DNA from: Eledone cirrhosa
Taxonomy: Eukaryota
Direction: 5' to 3'
NCBI GenBank assembly: GCA_964016885.1
Contig: OZ024746.1
Location: forward strand, 42,842,001 to 42,906,000
DNA: 64,000 nucleotides
Shown: positions 39,761 to 54,749 of the stretch, one piece after another
Layout of the letters: the number at the start of each line of letters is the position of its first letter
Position numbering within the stretch: position 1 is the first letter of the stretch
The notes under the pieces: model-generated
Databases searched by the model: none
Told to the model about the DNA's origin: nothing
What the model saw: only the letters and a program-made list of their open reading frames with translations
Translations under genes and position numbers: made by a program

Positions 39761-42053
39761 ACAGTATTCCTACAAGATTTTTCAAACTATTACCAAGTGT
39801 ATGATCAACATGCCACTATTACTATCATTTTTGTCTGAGAATGAAGCCAAGAAGGTCAATAAGAGAATGATGGGAACCTTTAATCATAAAAGGTCAATAT
39901 TTGTCTCTATTTATCATACTAGCATGTGTAGTAAATAAACATTTATGTTTAAATTTAAAGTTACTTTATAGCATAATTATCTGAGGATTATTTTCATCTG
40001 TCTTGTATTTTCCCAAACTGAAGTTATTACCTGCAAAATTTCAATGTAAATCTATCATAATTTATTGTGTTTTATGACAGCATTGAAATTAGAAACTATT
40101 AGCAAAATGACGATATGACATTTATTTATTTATTTATTTTAGCATGGAAGAAGAGTTATATAATCAGTATGAAATAAAATAATATTCAGAATGGAAAGTT
40201 TTAAATTGTGCACTAATCAATGTAAAAGTAATGATATAACCTCCTGAGAGTACATTAAGAAGAACATAAATATTTTTTTGACACATTTAATGATTTCATT
40301 CCAAAGTTGATTGGTTTCTGCTTTTATGTCTTAAAGATAAAATAACAATAGTATCAAATAAACTATCACTTACTGTGAAACCTTGTTCAGAAAATGTTTT
40401 TCAGAGAAATGTAAATGTAGTAGAGTATTCTTTGATAAATATACTTAAATTGAAAGTAGTTGAATACTGGAGAAGAAAAAAAGATAACAACAAAGCAGTT
40501 CAGTTCTCAACTAAGATATCACATCAATTCATTGGAACAGAAAACTAACATAACAAAGAACGGTAGTGGATATACAAGTACAACTGATTAAGGTGAATCC
40601 TTCAGTTACAAGAGTAGTAAAACAGATTTTACTGGAAGATTTTATTGCAGTTTCATTGCCACTTTATGAATAGAAAACAAACAGATTTGCATGCTTGAAT
40701 TCAATTGTAAAATCAGATTAAAGCTGCTTTCTCTTATGAGAAGACTTCTATTTTTATTGAAACTAATCTGCTGTCTCATGATATCTAATGATGTGTTTGG
40801 TCAACAATTTATTAATGTCTTGCATTTGATATTAGACTTTACATTGACTTGAATCAAAAGTTGTAGAGAAGATCAGCAATATCAAAGTGTACCAAATTTA
40901 TCAATCTTATGCACAGATACTTGATTGACATATTTCTTATAACTAAATATCATATTGTCAACCTTTGTTGTTTGATAAGGAATGAAACAAACCTCCATTC
41001 AAAAACTGATATTCTTGTACTGAATTAGAGTGGAAAAAATACAAAATAAGCTAAATAAAGAAAACAAAATGTAAATATTGTTCTGATTTACTTTCTGGTA
41101 TGTCAAGACAGTTTTTATTACTTTTGTTCCTCTGGCATATATAGGCCAAAGAACAACTTGAGCATTAAAATAACTTGTTTTTGTTAAATATAAATAATGC
41201 ATGTTGATTTCTTCAAAGAGATATGGCTTTGTTGCTTTGGGAATTTAATATTTGTATTTCAAACAGATATTGGATTATTTGCTCTGATATATCAATATGA
41301 ATTGATGGCTGATTTAACCACTATTTTCATCAATACTAGCATGCATTTAAAAATAAATAAAAAGAAAAAGGTAGGCATTGTTTTAGTTGACTTTAGTTGG
41401 CAGTTTAAAAACAACAACTTTTACAACAATCACTTTTGACAAGATCGGTTATAAAATAAAATATTAAAAATGGAGAACATTGTTAAAAACAACATTTTTC
41501 CCATGTTCTGTTTCAGCATAATCATTGTTTCTAAGATATGATGGATTATAGATCAAAATACAATACCTATTGACAAATCTACAATGTATTATTGATTAAT
41601 GAAATACTTTATATCGATATTTTAAATAATTTTACAAACATTCTGCTTTTTAATAATATTTGCCAAGTTAATTTTCATATTTATGAATAAATCATATAAA
41701 AGAAACCATTCTATTTTATGTATTTCTCTGAAATTATGACTTAAAGGCAAAAGAAATAATTACTAATCATATAAGATAGTGCAGAGATGTAATTGTAATG
41801 TTGATGCAAAAACACTAATTGAAGGGGAAGTGAATAAATAGTTCTATTTCTTTTATAAAATGGAAATTTTATTTTTTTAAACAAGGCATGAAAAATGGTA
41901 AACTTTGTAGGTAGACAGATATAATCAAATATATTTCCCTTTTATAATCATTTTATTCAAGCTGTAGATAAATTGGATGAACTCAATTCTAATCTAATGG
42001 TAGGAAAGCCTTTTCCACTATTGTATGCTGCCAATCCTTATGACATAAATAAT

Positions 42054-42237
42054 TGTTTCTACTTTTAGGCACAAGGCCAGCAATTACCCAGTGCATTACT
42101 GGTACTTTATTTTATCGACCCCATAAGGATGAAAGGCAAAGTCAACCTCGGCGGGATTTGAACTCAGATCGTAAAGGTACGTAACTATGCTGGAAAGCAT
42201 GGCGTCCGACCCTCTACCGATACTGCCAATCCACCAC
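42054..42237 (-). mobile_element. SINE family A with 18-bp TSD
   Basis: ccttatgacataaataat at 42036-42053 and 42238-42255. Confidence 0.93.
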
Positions 42238-42734
42238 CCTTATGACATAAATAATAATGGACCACCCGGGTTGGTGACATGCAGTATTGGAGAAGATTCA
42301 TTAGCATAAAAATGTGAATGCAACATTCCCCATTCATGTCTACCTCCTCCATCATGGCTTTTTAGTAACTATTCCTTCCTTTCCTACACCCAAGATCATC
42401 CCTATACCATTTCTCCCTTAAATCCCCTTGTTAAATCTCACCACACCTGTCAATTTCCTTAGTAACTATTCTCATCATCACTGTATTCCAGCACACTAAT
42501 TCTCTTCTCCCACATCAACCTGTCAAATACTACCATAACTGACTCACACTTATGAAATATTCTCTCACCCTTTTTCTCCCATAAAAACTCCTTTAAATTC
42601 CACCATATTGGTTATACACTCATTACATCATACTTGTCATCGTTTCCCTACCTATTGTCACTCACCAATGACATCATACTTATTGTCCTCATTTCCTATT
42701 CCTCCAGTTAAACAGCTCACTTATGACAGTCAAT

Positions 42735-43340
42735 AACTGGCAACCTCTCGGGTAGTGGTGCCATGATAAAACACAACCAGTACATTCTGTAAAATGGTTG
42801 TTGTTAAGAAGGCCATCCAGTTACAAAAACGTCAAAAATGGTCAAGAGAATTTTTCAGTCATGCTACTATTACAAGAACTTCTCGAGTGTTGGTGCCATA
42901 GGAAATTGCCCCAACATACCTTACAAATCAGTTGGCATTAAGAAAAGCATCTAGCTATGAAATATTGTCAAACAGAGGTTCTTTTCAGTTGTGACAAGAG
43001 GCAAAGCATTTTCTTCAGTTGTGTCAAAGAGCATGACAACCTATCAAATGTTAGTGTTATGATAAAATGCATCCAGTACACTCTGATTGGTGTTAGGAAG
43101 AGCGTCCAGTTGCAGAAAATGTATCAAACGAAAGATTTGAGAGGACTTTTCACTTATGTTATAGACATAACAACCTCCCTAGTGGTGGTGCCATGATGAA
43201 ATGTACCAAATGTACACATATGTAAGCACGATGTGGCTCTTGCCTGAGCTCCGTCACCAGTAGTTCTGATTAAGTGCAAATTTGGTCCATGACAACCCTT
43301 TCTAACAGGCAAAACAAACATTAAAATGATGATGATGAGG
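42735..43340 (+). repeat. Three to four tandem units of the RTE 3'UTR module plus tail
   Basis: Repeated caacct..gtggtgccatga..cagtaca..gttg.tgtta.gaag..catccag units; preceded by a C/T-rich tract and ending in (GAT)n. Confidence 0.7.
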
Positions 43341-45913
43341 AGGATGGATATATGTTGTTTAAATAAGTAACTACTGGATCAAGATATAATAAATTATTAA
43401 TTTCTAAGTTTTAACAAAGGACTTTTCTCTAAGAGTTTGCTTTTGATAATTAAGCACATATAGCTAAAAAAACAATTCTATCATCTTTTTTTTTTTAGTT
43501 AGTAAGTATTATGTTTGTTGTTGAAATAAAATTGAAATTGTTAAGATGGTCTGTAAGTAGCTGCTTGACAGGTTGTAAGTGGCTGAAAGATTGCCAGCCA
43601 GATGAATAGCTGTTATTTTGTTAATTTTTTTTTGTTTTGGAAATGGTCCAATATGTGTATGCAGAATTTAGTGGTCTGTCCAAGATGTGCAAACAGTGCC
43701 AGTGCACTAGTATAAGGCATATTTGCACCGTGGACAGCAGCTTTTTAGGACAGAGGTATTAATAGCATAAAGGAGGAATGCCAAAACACAGTGGTGAATT
43801 ATGAATAGCCATATAGAAGGTAAGGAATGAAATTTGAATTACTTATTACTAAAAGATGTGAAAAAACATTAAATATTTATATTAGATAAATTTCACAGGT
43901 GTTAAATGTGTCAGAGGAAATCAATAATTATAGTTATTAGCAACATGCAACGTGTAATATACCATCTTTATGACACTATATCAAAGAAATTACTTATCAC
44001 ATTAAGAAATAATTTAATAATTCCTACCAAATTTCATTTGAAATCTCTCTGAAAGAAGAGATATTAATAAAGAATTTATTCATTGGGAATGATAATACAT
44101 AGCTATAATAATGTGATACTATGAAGAAAACCCCTGAAATGTTTTAACCTTTGTTTCTGTCACTGATTATTCAAATAATGATAGCTTTAACAAATGGTCG
44201 CAAAATGAGTGATATCTTTAATGAATAAAGTATAGTTATGATTATTATAACATGATTATATATTTGATGTGCCACATTTCTGGAAATAACAACTGTTAAT
44301 TCTTCAAAGCTTTTCCTTTAACTGCAGTTAAGCCTCATAGGGATAAAAATCATGAGTTTTTATTTTGTCAGAATATGAAGGTTTCAATGAAAGGTATCAG
44401 CCATCTCAACTAATGCAATAAATTAAAATAACATGTCATGGTCATTATGTATTATTCTAACACATATCTACACATAATTGAGAACATATCCATATCTGTA
44501 CGTAGGCTTGAAAATGGTTTAAAATCTATATTTACTGAAGTCTACTCACACAATACGTAATGGTAAACATAGATAGCAGAGGTTTTATTGCATAAAAATA
44601 TCAGTTTCATTCGTTCAATGTCTATTTTGTTAATAATAAAAAGTAGAAGCTGAATAGAAAGCATTGGAAAAATGTATAAAAATGTATTTGATATATGACT
44701 TATGAACATTCTATTTTCAAATAATATGTTCTTAACTGAGCATTAGGAAGTTGAGGGCTGGTAATTATAGTGTTTATATATGGCATTTACATGGCTTCAA
44801 ACTGATGGCATCAAAGATGCTTGAAATCTAGTATCATTGCTGAATGATAAACACTTCTGTGCTGATTACTACTAGCAAGGAAATGTAATGTACAATGGAG
44901 CTACCATCTTAGATATTTATCATTAGTTGTGTCATCTTCAGATCAAAAGAAATGAAGAAGCTTTTAGTCTATTTCTCTTTAGTATTCAAACCACTGATTT
45001 TATTTTTCTTATCTTTACATCTGGAAGTAGGATTCCATCCTTATCCCATGTAATCTACCATTATTATTTGTTTGTTTTCCTTTTGAAACCTGAGTATTTT
45101 TCTGAATCAAAAGAGAAACCTTGATTGGTTTACAAAAACATTATTTATTTTTATACTTTATCTTTAAATTTTTTTTGTAATGCCTGCTTTGAAATGTGTT
45201 AATGGTTCACGTGCATTGGTAAGTATACCTTTGAATGATAATTTCAGAAAATTTTAGATGTAAATTACAAAAACGATTTCTTACTACTTGCATTAAAACC
45301 TTAATCCTTACAATGTTTTACAGTCATATGTAGTAGCAGATAAAGAACAAATGCAACATGAAACCTGTGCAAATAAACCTAGAATAAATTCTAAATAGGA
45401 TAGGCTCTAATAAGTTAAGTTTCAAGATAATCTGAGAAAAAAAGCAATATTAGTGGTTTACTGCACAAATAAAGATAAAAAAATTATTCCTCTTAACAAA
45501 ACACAGTAAAGATACCAATTGCTACAAATGCACTTAAGACAAATAACTGAGTTTCAAGCTAAGAATACATGTTGGTTTTTCAGTTGAATTTACATTCAAC
45601 AAGTAAGTGTATTCAAATTTGGATACATTCGTGTAGTAAATTAATTCAAAACATGTAAAATTGTAGATTTCAACAAGTCAATATGTAGAAAATATAATTA
45701 AATTTTGTTTTAAATCTAAAGAATGAGAGGCATAACTGTATCTGATATGAACAAATTATCGAACCATAACAAAACAGATAATTATGGCAGTAGTTTTAAA
45801 TATTAGGTTAGTACCCCTTCCACTAAGATATTTTAGACACAACCATTTGCTTCAAAATCCATTTAGACTGTATATAACTTCATTCCCAGCCTACATCTGG
45901 AGCTTGGAAGACC

Positions 45914-46178
45914 TATTCACCAGATTTAGCTCCTGCCCACTTCCATCCTGCTCAAAGGTCACTGTTTTAACATTGTTGCTGAGATCTCGAGCAAGTTGCA
46001 GAAGGTCCTTGACTCACGGAAAATGATTTCCAGGCTGGATTCCAAAAGTAGCAGGAATGCTGGGACCTATGTATTGCTGCATAAGGTGACTATTTTGAAG
46101 GAGATGATGTTTAAACTTAGGTAAATATATTAGTTTTTTTAAACATAACTAGTCTGGGAACATTTTGATATCACCTTG
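45914..46178 (+). pseudogene. mariner transposase C-terminal remnant plus right TIR
   Basis: YSPDLAP motif at 45914, LKGHCF, FQK*QECWDLCIAA*GDYFEGD, stop at 46112-46114, then tagtctgggaacattttgatatcaccttg-TA. Confidence 0.88.
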
Positions 46179-46295
46179 TATATATTTTTTTGTGTGGCTG
46201 CACTATATATGTCTGTGTATTTATGTTTGCATGTGCAAGCATGTATGCAATTATGTATATCTACATGTATGGGCATATGTATATACACAAGTATG

Positions 46296-46329
<34 letters not shown>

Positions 46330-46711
46330 CGTGAGCGCGCATGCGTGCATGAGTTTATGCATGTAAGTTTATGCATATGGGAGTGTTTACATTGATATAC
46401 AGGAGCATATATGCACATTTGTATGTGTGTGTATAACACACACACACACGTGTGTGTGTATGTCTGTTCACATGTTTATATGCAGATATGAGTGTACTAT
46501 TAGTAACTGCAATATGTAGAAATAGGAAAAAAAACAGAAATGTTGTGGTCTATCTAAATCATAGGTTTAATAATAGAAGTATGTCATATATTATTAGAAC
46601 TAAAATTAATCTTTCCTTATATACCTTATTTTACCCTTTTATTTTTATTGACTTCTATCATAATTATCATGCTTATTTATTTCTAATATTGTTGTTACTA
46701 TTATTATTATG

Positions 46712-46843
46712 AGGTTAGTTTTTGCCTTTCATCCTTACCGAGTCGATGAAATAAATTACCAGTAATGCACTGGGGTTGATTTCATCGACTTTCCTTTCCC
46801 CCAATATCACAGGCATTGTGCCTAAATCAGAAACCATTATTAC

Positions 46844-46888
<45 letters not shown>

Positions 46889-47110
46889 GGGCAGAGGATT
46901 AGCAGTATCCTTAGTGCGTTGGACATTATGCTTTGCAGGTAGAGTTATGGCCCTTTATGTTCGGAGTGCAAATCCTGCCGAGGTTAGATTTGCCATTCAT
47001 CTTTATAAGTTCGATAAAATAAAGTACGAGTCACAGACTGGGGTCGATTTCATCGACTTTCCCCTCCCTCAAAATTGTGGCCTTGTGCCTATATAAGAAA
47101 CCATTATTAT
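46712..47110 (+). mobile_element. Two tandem SINE family A copies (first 5'-truncated) separated by an expanded (TAT)n tail
   Basis: ttgcctttcatccttaccgagtcgat..cattgtgcctaaatcagaaacc(ATT)n, then a full copy at 46888-47110. Confidence 0.85.
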
Positions 47111-47545
47111 GTGTAGAAATAATTAGCTACTAATGTATTGAAATATTAGGTTCAATTAATGAATTATTCACCCCATAAGTTTATTAGTTCTTTTCTCTAC
47201 ATCCAATGATGTAAAATTGATTCTACCTAATCTTTCTATACTTGCAGTTGAAGCTGTACTTCACCTTCTCACATTCATTCATTAGGTTATTGTGAATTTT
47301 GAATATGGCTTTTGCCTGTATCATTTTGAAATTGTTATATCCTAGTTTCTGAAGATGCCTTGAAAGGGTGAAACATATTCTGTGCTTAAACGTATAATCT
47401 ATTCAAGTGAATAAATATTTGCTCTATGGTTATCATCATCAGCATCATCATAAGTCAAATTTTCTATTATTGCATGGGTTAAATGCATCCTTCCAGCACA
47501 CCATTTTTTCATCATGTTTGCGACCCTAAATGATTTGAGAGCAAC

Positions 47546-47582
<37 letters not shown>

Positions 47583-48007
47583 GTCAATTATATAAAATGT
47601 TTCTGCTGTATGGTCTTAGAATTATCAATTCCATAAAATCAGTATATGAACAGTTAAAGTATTATTACATTTTAATTCTGTGTACTACCCTGTATGTTAG
47701 CCATATGTAAGAAATGCACTTGATATTATAAAAGTAGTATTTAGAAACTGTTTCAGTTAATAGCAATGTGAGAAGCTGATAGAGCCAAGCTAGCAGACAG
47801 AATTCTGTCAGTAGTTTATATTATCTAAAATGCCAGCTATACTTTTTGATAATATTTACTTGAGATCATTTGAAAGATATACAGAAACACCTTAGTTTTA
47901 GACATATAGCTGATGCTATTAAAAATTACTTCAGGGCAAACTAGTTAACCTTGTTTTGCTTAAAGCATAATATTTAACTAAAAGTTTATATATATATATA
48001 TATATAT

Positions 48008-48350
48008 ATCATCATCATCATCATTTCATTTTACGTCCACTTTTCCCTGCTTGCAAGGGTGGGACGGGAACTGATTCTGGCTTGATTTCTACAGCTGGAT
48101 GCCCTTCCTAACACCAACCTCATTTACAGTGAGTGCTGGGTGCTTTTTTGCTGTGGCACCTCCACGACCACTTTGCAGTGGAATGATAGGGACCCAGTCC
48201 CTATCATCTCATTTCTACAGCTGAGTAAACTGGAACAATGTGAAATAAAGTGCCCTGCTCAAGGAAACAACACATCGTCCGGTCTGAGAATTGAACTCAC
48301 AACCTTTAGATTGCAAGGCCAAAGCTCTAACCACTAAGCCATGTGCTTCC
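48008..48350 (-). mobile_element. tRNA-derived SINE family B
   Basis: Highly similar to 29704-30044, including the internal hairpin tgatagggac-cca-gtccctatca. Confidence 0.92.
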
Positions 48351-49630
48351 ATTCTATATATATATTCATACTGAAAAAAAAAGATAAAGTCTAAAATATA
48401 AACCTTTTAGATAATCCTAGGTTCTCCTAAAGATTTTAAATATTCAGAGGTCAAGCTAACATAATGTAACCTTAAGCAAATTCTTATGAAGTAAATTGCT
48501 CGATTTAGAATTCATTTTCATACATTATCTCTGCAAGATAACATTTTCACTAGGCTTATAATTTTTAAACAATTTTGCTTTTTTTCCTAAGTGGCCTTCC
48601 ATGTTATTGTTTACTTTGATGTCATATAATTATAGTCAGAGATACCACCAATGAAGCCTGCAATGAAACAAAAATTGAAATTCCAGCAAAAAAATAAAGG
48701 GGAAATGCTTAAAATAACTATAAGTAAAAATGTCAGGTCAAATAAAATTTGTTTGGTGATAATCATTTCATGAGTGAATTATAGAAATTGGGTAAAAACT
48801 GATGAAATATTTATTTGTAAGAAAGAATAAATAATTACTAGGCAAGGTTATAATATAGATTTATTTTCATTTAATGTCTTGTGTAAATGAACTGAGATTT
48901 GATTAAATAGATGTAATTTATTACTGACTCTTCTCATTTTTCTTTTGTACACACACTCTCTATGGCTTTATATATGTATATATACAATGTTTTCGCATAT
49001 ATGTGTATGAGCACATGAATGATGTATGCATTGTTGAATGGTTAAGACGTTGACATCACAGTCTTGAGATCCTAGATTTGATCAAGCTATCCCATACCTG
49101 GTGCAAGACATGGGTCGGTTCCATTCATTTTGAGCGAAGTTAATTTTTAGTAAAGTCAGTTTGAGTGAAGATATTTTGATTGAAACATTAAGAGTGAATG
49201 TTAATTTCAGTGAAGATTAATTTTAAGCAAAATATATATACTAGCGTATATTTGGCATTTTAAATATTTTTTTTATTTACCCGTTGTGAAGGTGTAATTA
49301 TTTGTATAAAAATATTTGTAGATTTCCAGCATATTTTTATTTTTATCAACTACGTTCAAAGTGTCTTTAAAAAAACAGTTTGAGGTTTGCTCAAACTGAC
49401 ACTGCTTAATAGGCATTGCTCAAAATGCACATAATTTTAACTTTTCTCAAATGACTGGACATGTTTGAGTCATCTGGAGCCTTGTATGTAAAATTAGATA
49501 TAGAAAATTTGAGGGAAAGACTAAAGCTAAAAGTAAAACAAAAAGTAAAACAAAATATTTATAACATGGATGATATGATTTTAGTAGTCCTTGATTTGGT
49601 TTACTGGAGAATCAATATCTGTTTCAATGA

Positions 49631-49694
49631 ACTAAGTAGTATCATTGCTACCAGAGAACTTGGACATTCTCTGGTAGCAATGATACTACTTAGT
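49631..49694. repeat. Perfect 28-bp hairpin, 8-nt loop
   Basis: actaagtagtatcattgctaccagagaa-cttggaca-ttctctggtagcaatgatactacttagt. Confidence 0.95.
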
Positions 49695-52600
49695 AAAGCT
49701 GGACTGAGCAAAAATGTATGGAGATTCCCAATTCATTGAGATCTTTAATCAATATGTCATGAAAAAAATGACTTGAAGTGAGGTGGAAGCTGTATATAAA
49801 ATAACAATACATGAATATATATATTATTTTTATTTCACATATGGTATGCAATGTTTTGGCTAAATACCTCAAAAATACCTATTTTAAGTCATCATCAGTG
49901 ATGATTCCTCATGTGGTGCTGAGACTAGAATAAGTATAAAGTTCTGAAACACTAGTATCGGGATTCTCACATGGTTACTGAGATAGCTGTGACATTCATA
50001 GCAACACCTATATGTGCTTATTATACAAGCACATATCATATATGCTTTTATATACACCTCCATTATGAATCATGGTATGATAGTGCTACTGATAACATTC
50101 ATACATACATACATACACATAATGATATATATACATATGCATACATATATATATTAGAAACATAAATACATATACTTGCTTAAATTTATATAAAGGCAAA
50201 CTTCATTCTACACATGTAGCATAGACTAGATAGGACTAGTATAAAATTTCAGAAGAGCAAACCTTTATTACCCAATACTAACAATTTATGTATAATGGAA
50301 AGAGGTTCTTATTATCAGCAACCTTTTATAACATAGAAGGTTATGAATTTACTATTCTGGAATAATAAAACATAGATTACATGTTTACATCAAGTACCTG
50401 GTTAATAATTAGATAGATTTTCTGAATAATAATTCAACTGAGTATTGACATGGCCTGGCACAACTAAGGTTCTGATGGGAATTGTTGAATTCAACGCCAA
50501 CGCATCATCTTCATTGCTGGTTTAATATTCATTTCTCTATATTGATATTACTTGGACATATATAACTTTATATATACATGTATGTATGTTAATGTCTGTG
50601 TGGTTCTGCATGTGCATGTGTGTGCATATTCATATGTGTATGAATGAAGTTGCTTACATCTCTCTTGTTATAGATTCAGGAATATTTCTGCATTAGGCGA
50701 CTTTTGTCAAATGCATTGAAGTAGTTTTGGAGAGTTTAACTTTGATGATTTGATAGGATTCTGAGTTTCATCAGCATATGGCCATTATCAAATATTTGTG
50801 TTTGTGTGTCTGTGTACATGTGCTTGCATGTATATTCTTAAGTGTATGTTTGTATAAACATGACTAGATGGGGAATGGTTTACAAGTAATTTGTGTTAAA
50901 TGTAGTGATTATTATTTCAATATCATTCTTGAATATATGGACTCTGCTTTAAACAGATGGATGATAACTTAGAAATCTTAACTAATATTAACTGATTATT
51001 TAGCATTGAACAACACACTGTATTCTTAAAATTAGTCATAATTTAGCATTATGTAATGGATGAAAATATCAGAAGGTATTGGTAGAAGTATAATCTTTGA
51101 ATGCTGGGTGGTTTTGAAAGAAATAACACATGAGTGAGGTTAGTTATCAGTTGCCTAATTGCAGACCTCCTTTTCCCATTCAACAGAAATCAAAATGATT
51201 ACAATTTTAATAGTAATAACAATGATATTGATGAAGATGATGATAATGACAATGATGAAGTTGACGATGATGATGATGATGATGATGTGTTTAAAAAAAA
51301 ACGAAAATAGTATGAAATAGACAAATTGTTGGAACAACAAGTATGAATATGGTGTTTTAAACTGATGTTGTGTTATGAGTTTAGACAGTACATATCAATT
51401 AGCTGGTATCAGTATATATAACATAAATATAATGAAAAATAGTTTCTACTCCATTTTCATAATTACATTTTTACATTTGGAAATGCATTCAGATGATTGT
51501 ATATGTGCATGGATAATTTTTCAAATAATCTTTTCCCCTTCCACCCCGATCTCCACCCAGCTATCAGTAATTCTACCGTCATATGATCATTTGATCTCTG
51601 CCTAATAAAGACAAACTACCTCTACATACAGTAATATCTGGCTCCGAACCCTCTTGTTCAAACTAGTCAGTGATATAATGAATATTGGCAGAATATGAGT
51701 TGTTTAATATTTGAACCATCTAAACCTGCAAAATATATTATCAATAATGGCTTCCTAAGTATCTCATTTCACATAGTGTGTATATTCAAAATCCCAAATC
51801 CTAAACTAGAATATTCGAAGAAGTGCAAAGGAGGACACCCACTATCACGAATGGGATGGTATTTACAACAATCAAAATTGTACTACATCCATTAACATTT
51901 TAGATTGTATCCAAACACTGACTCACAAAGGTGCTAATTTTCTTACTGCCATTTCTATCACTATTACAAAATTCTGCTTCTCCAATGAAGCAAGTTATGT
52001 TCACAACTCCATCCTTTCTCCTTATTGTTTTTTTGTCTCCCAGCCACACTGAATAATTCACTCAATCTTTACTGCGGAAAACAGCAACCTTTAGAAATGA
52101 TGTTCCTACGCAGAAATGATGTTTCTAACTGCCATCAATTTACAGAAGTTCAGACTGTACATAGCAGTATCAACCTCATTAGTATGATCAGGGCTGCAAA
52201 GGTTACACACATTTCCCATCTTTCAACTATATCAAAATAAAACAATTCTGAAATAAGTTATTGTATTAATTAGAGTTTTCTGTATTATTAAAATCATCAT
52301 TCCCACAATGTTTTGACCAGGTTAATCTCCAATCATTGCCAAATGTGGGAACTGCTTCAATCATGCATGTACTTTATATACCCTAGTTATTTCATGGATT
52401 AAGAAGCCATTATGTGTTTCTTAGAAATAAGACTTGAGTGTAAATCTCTAAAACAATATGTATATTTAGGGATAGGTGCCCAATTTCAACAAGGCCGTGA
52501 ATTCAAATGAGTGTTAAGCATATAGAAAGGAAAGTTAAGCTTAATAGTTTAGAAACCGTGATATATTATTGAAATTTGTGGAGTGGGATCTATAGTAAAC

Positions 52601-54749
52601 AGACTAGAATATTAGATACAATAGATACACAGAAGTTGGCAATAGGAACATCCTTAAAACCAACAACAAATATTGATCAGATTCCTTACATGGATATGCA
52701 GATAAGGTTTCCTTTTAAAGTGATATAATTTGTGCAGTGGATCTAGAGAAAGTATAACTATGATAACAGGGTAGAAGTAATGTATCCTATTGTTCTAATA
52801 ACTAGTAACAAAAGGTTCTTTTTCTGTGCTGGCGGTCACTTATTTGAACAATTCCTGATATAGCTTTTGCAATCTGATCCTCTTAAAGCTAATATAGAAA
52901 AATAGATATTAAAGTATTGACTGTTACTACCATCATCATCATCAACATTATTATTAATGTATTATTCAATGCTGTTTTGCATTTGAATATTTATTTGTAT
53001 AAAAAATAAAAGAGTAGTGTATGTTTCTGAATGTCAGAAAATTACTTCATCTGTTAAGGCATTTTACATATATTTTACAGAAATTTAAACCTAATTCTAT
53101 TTAACAAATAAATTACTTTAGAAGTACACCTGGTAAATTCGATTTACATATGCTACAGTAATCTATTAGTAACATGTGTCAAAATATCAAATGGATAACC
53201 AATAAAAAAAAATTCTTTAAAAATATAATGATCAGGAAATGTGAAAGTTTATTTTATTATGATTAGCTCTGTCATTCTGCTTTTGCAATTTTATCTGTTA
53301 GAGGTATTGATCAAAAATAAATTATAGTTGAACCATGACATAACTGATAGAAATTGTTAAAGAAATAGAAAAAATAGTGTTTGAACAATTTTAGCTTTTG
53401 AGAGAATTACATCAAAACCTCATTTTTCTTTCAATTATTTCTTTTTATAATTATTCTTTTATAATCGAAGCATCCAAACTATCATCTTTCTATCATCCAT
53501 TTTCATCCTTTTCCATCAATTATGTAAAACGTTATTTTTATGTTTACAAAATAGCTCTTATCCACTATGACATTAATCTCCAAGAAAATTTTACTAATTA
53601 TGCTGATTGGTTTATCTTGTTTATAAACATATAAAATCTATTACTGTTTGTTTAGGTTTTGGATATTTACATAAGGCTAACAAAAATAGAAAAAAAACTA
53701 TATGCTTACTTCTTATATCAATTTGCTTTCACAGAATATTTTGGATGTCACTTTTATGGGGTATCTTCACCTTAAATGTTTTAAATGTACTATTGAATCT
53801 GTCAGGATATAAACTAATGGTGTCTAAAGGCTATGAAGGGTTAAAAATTATGATAGTTCATTTCAAAGTTTCAGATAAATTCAGTCATGAAAACGTTGGT
53901 TGTAGGATGTGATGTATTGTTATGAAACATTGACAACAAAAACAAAATAGACTCCTGACCACAAGGTAACAAATATACATCTATTTTTGTAGAAAACTGA
54001 TCATATGATTATAAACTCAAAACCTTTCTACAGCAATTCTGTTATCCCACTGGGGAAGACACATAATTATTCCTGCTTCAGTCTGAAAGCTTATTAACAT
54101 AGTTGAATTATCATTTGTATGAAGAATAATTTCTTCACCAGTATGCAAATGTCCAAATTTGCAAATATTTAAAATTATTCTGATAATGTATTTTTCTCAG
54201 TTGTAATGTTTCAAAAATATATTACTATTTGTAATGACATATGGTAAACAAGGATATAGCTAATGCTGTACTGAATGTACTCAACCATTACAAAGGACAC
54301 CCTATTGAGGCTAGCAATAGAAGAGCAGAGATAGTATAAACAAGTGCTGAACTAATTGCATTAAGAAACTGTTCTAAGCTAAAATCCACCTGGTGTTCTT
54401 TCTGCTTTTGATTTTCAAGGGATCAAAAAATAAATATAAATATTTCATTGGTATCAATTGAATTGCTTCGACAGCTTTAAAGATGTTGGCTTTGTATGTA
54501 GGAAAGAAATCATTATTAAAGCTGACAATTATTATTTTGATAATCTTATTACATGTGCTGGCGTGTTACAGTTTGTATGTTTTAGAATATCATCAGCATT
54601 GTTAATGAATTATTGAAACATTTACTTTCAAAGGGTATAAGGCCACTTCTTTTACGAGTCTTAAGCCTAGACTGAAATGCTGAGAAAAACTGATTTTGTG
54701 AAAATGTGTATACCAATATCCTTAAGTTAAGTATGTTTCATGTCTAAAT

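Noticed and set aside
43666-43820. Cys-rich open segment FSGLSKMCKQCQCTSIRHIC
   Set aside because: Poor acceptor, and the stronger donor at 43820 cannot be reached without a stop
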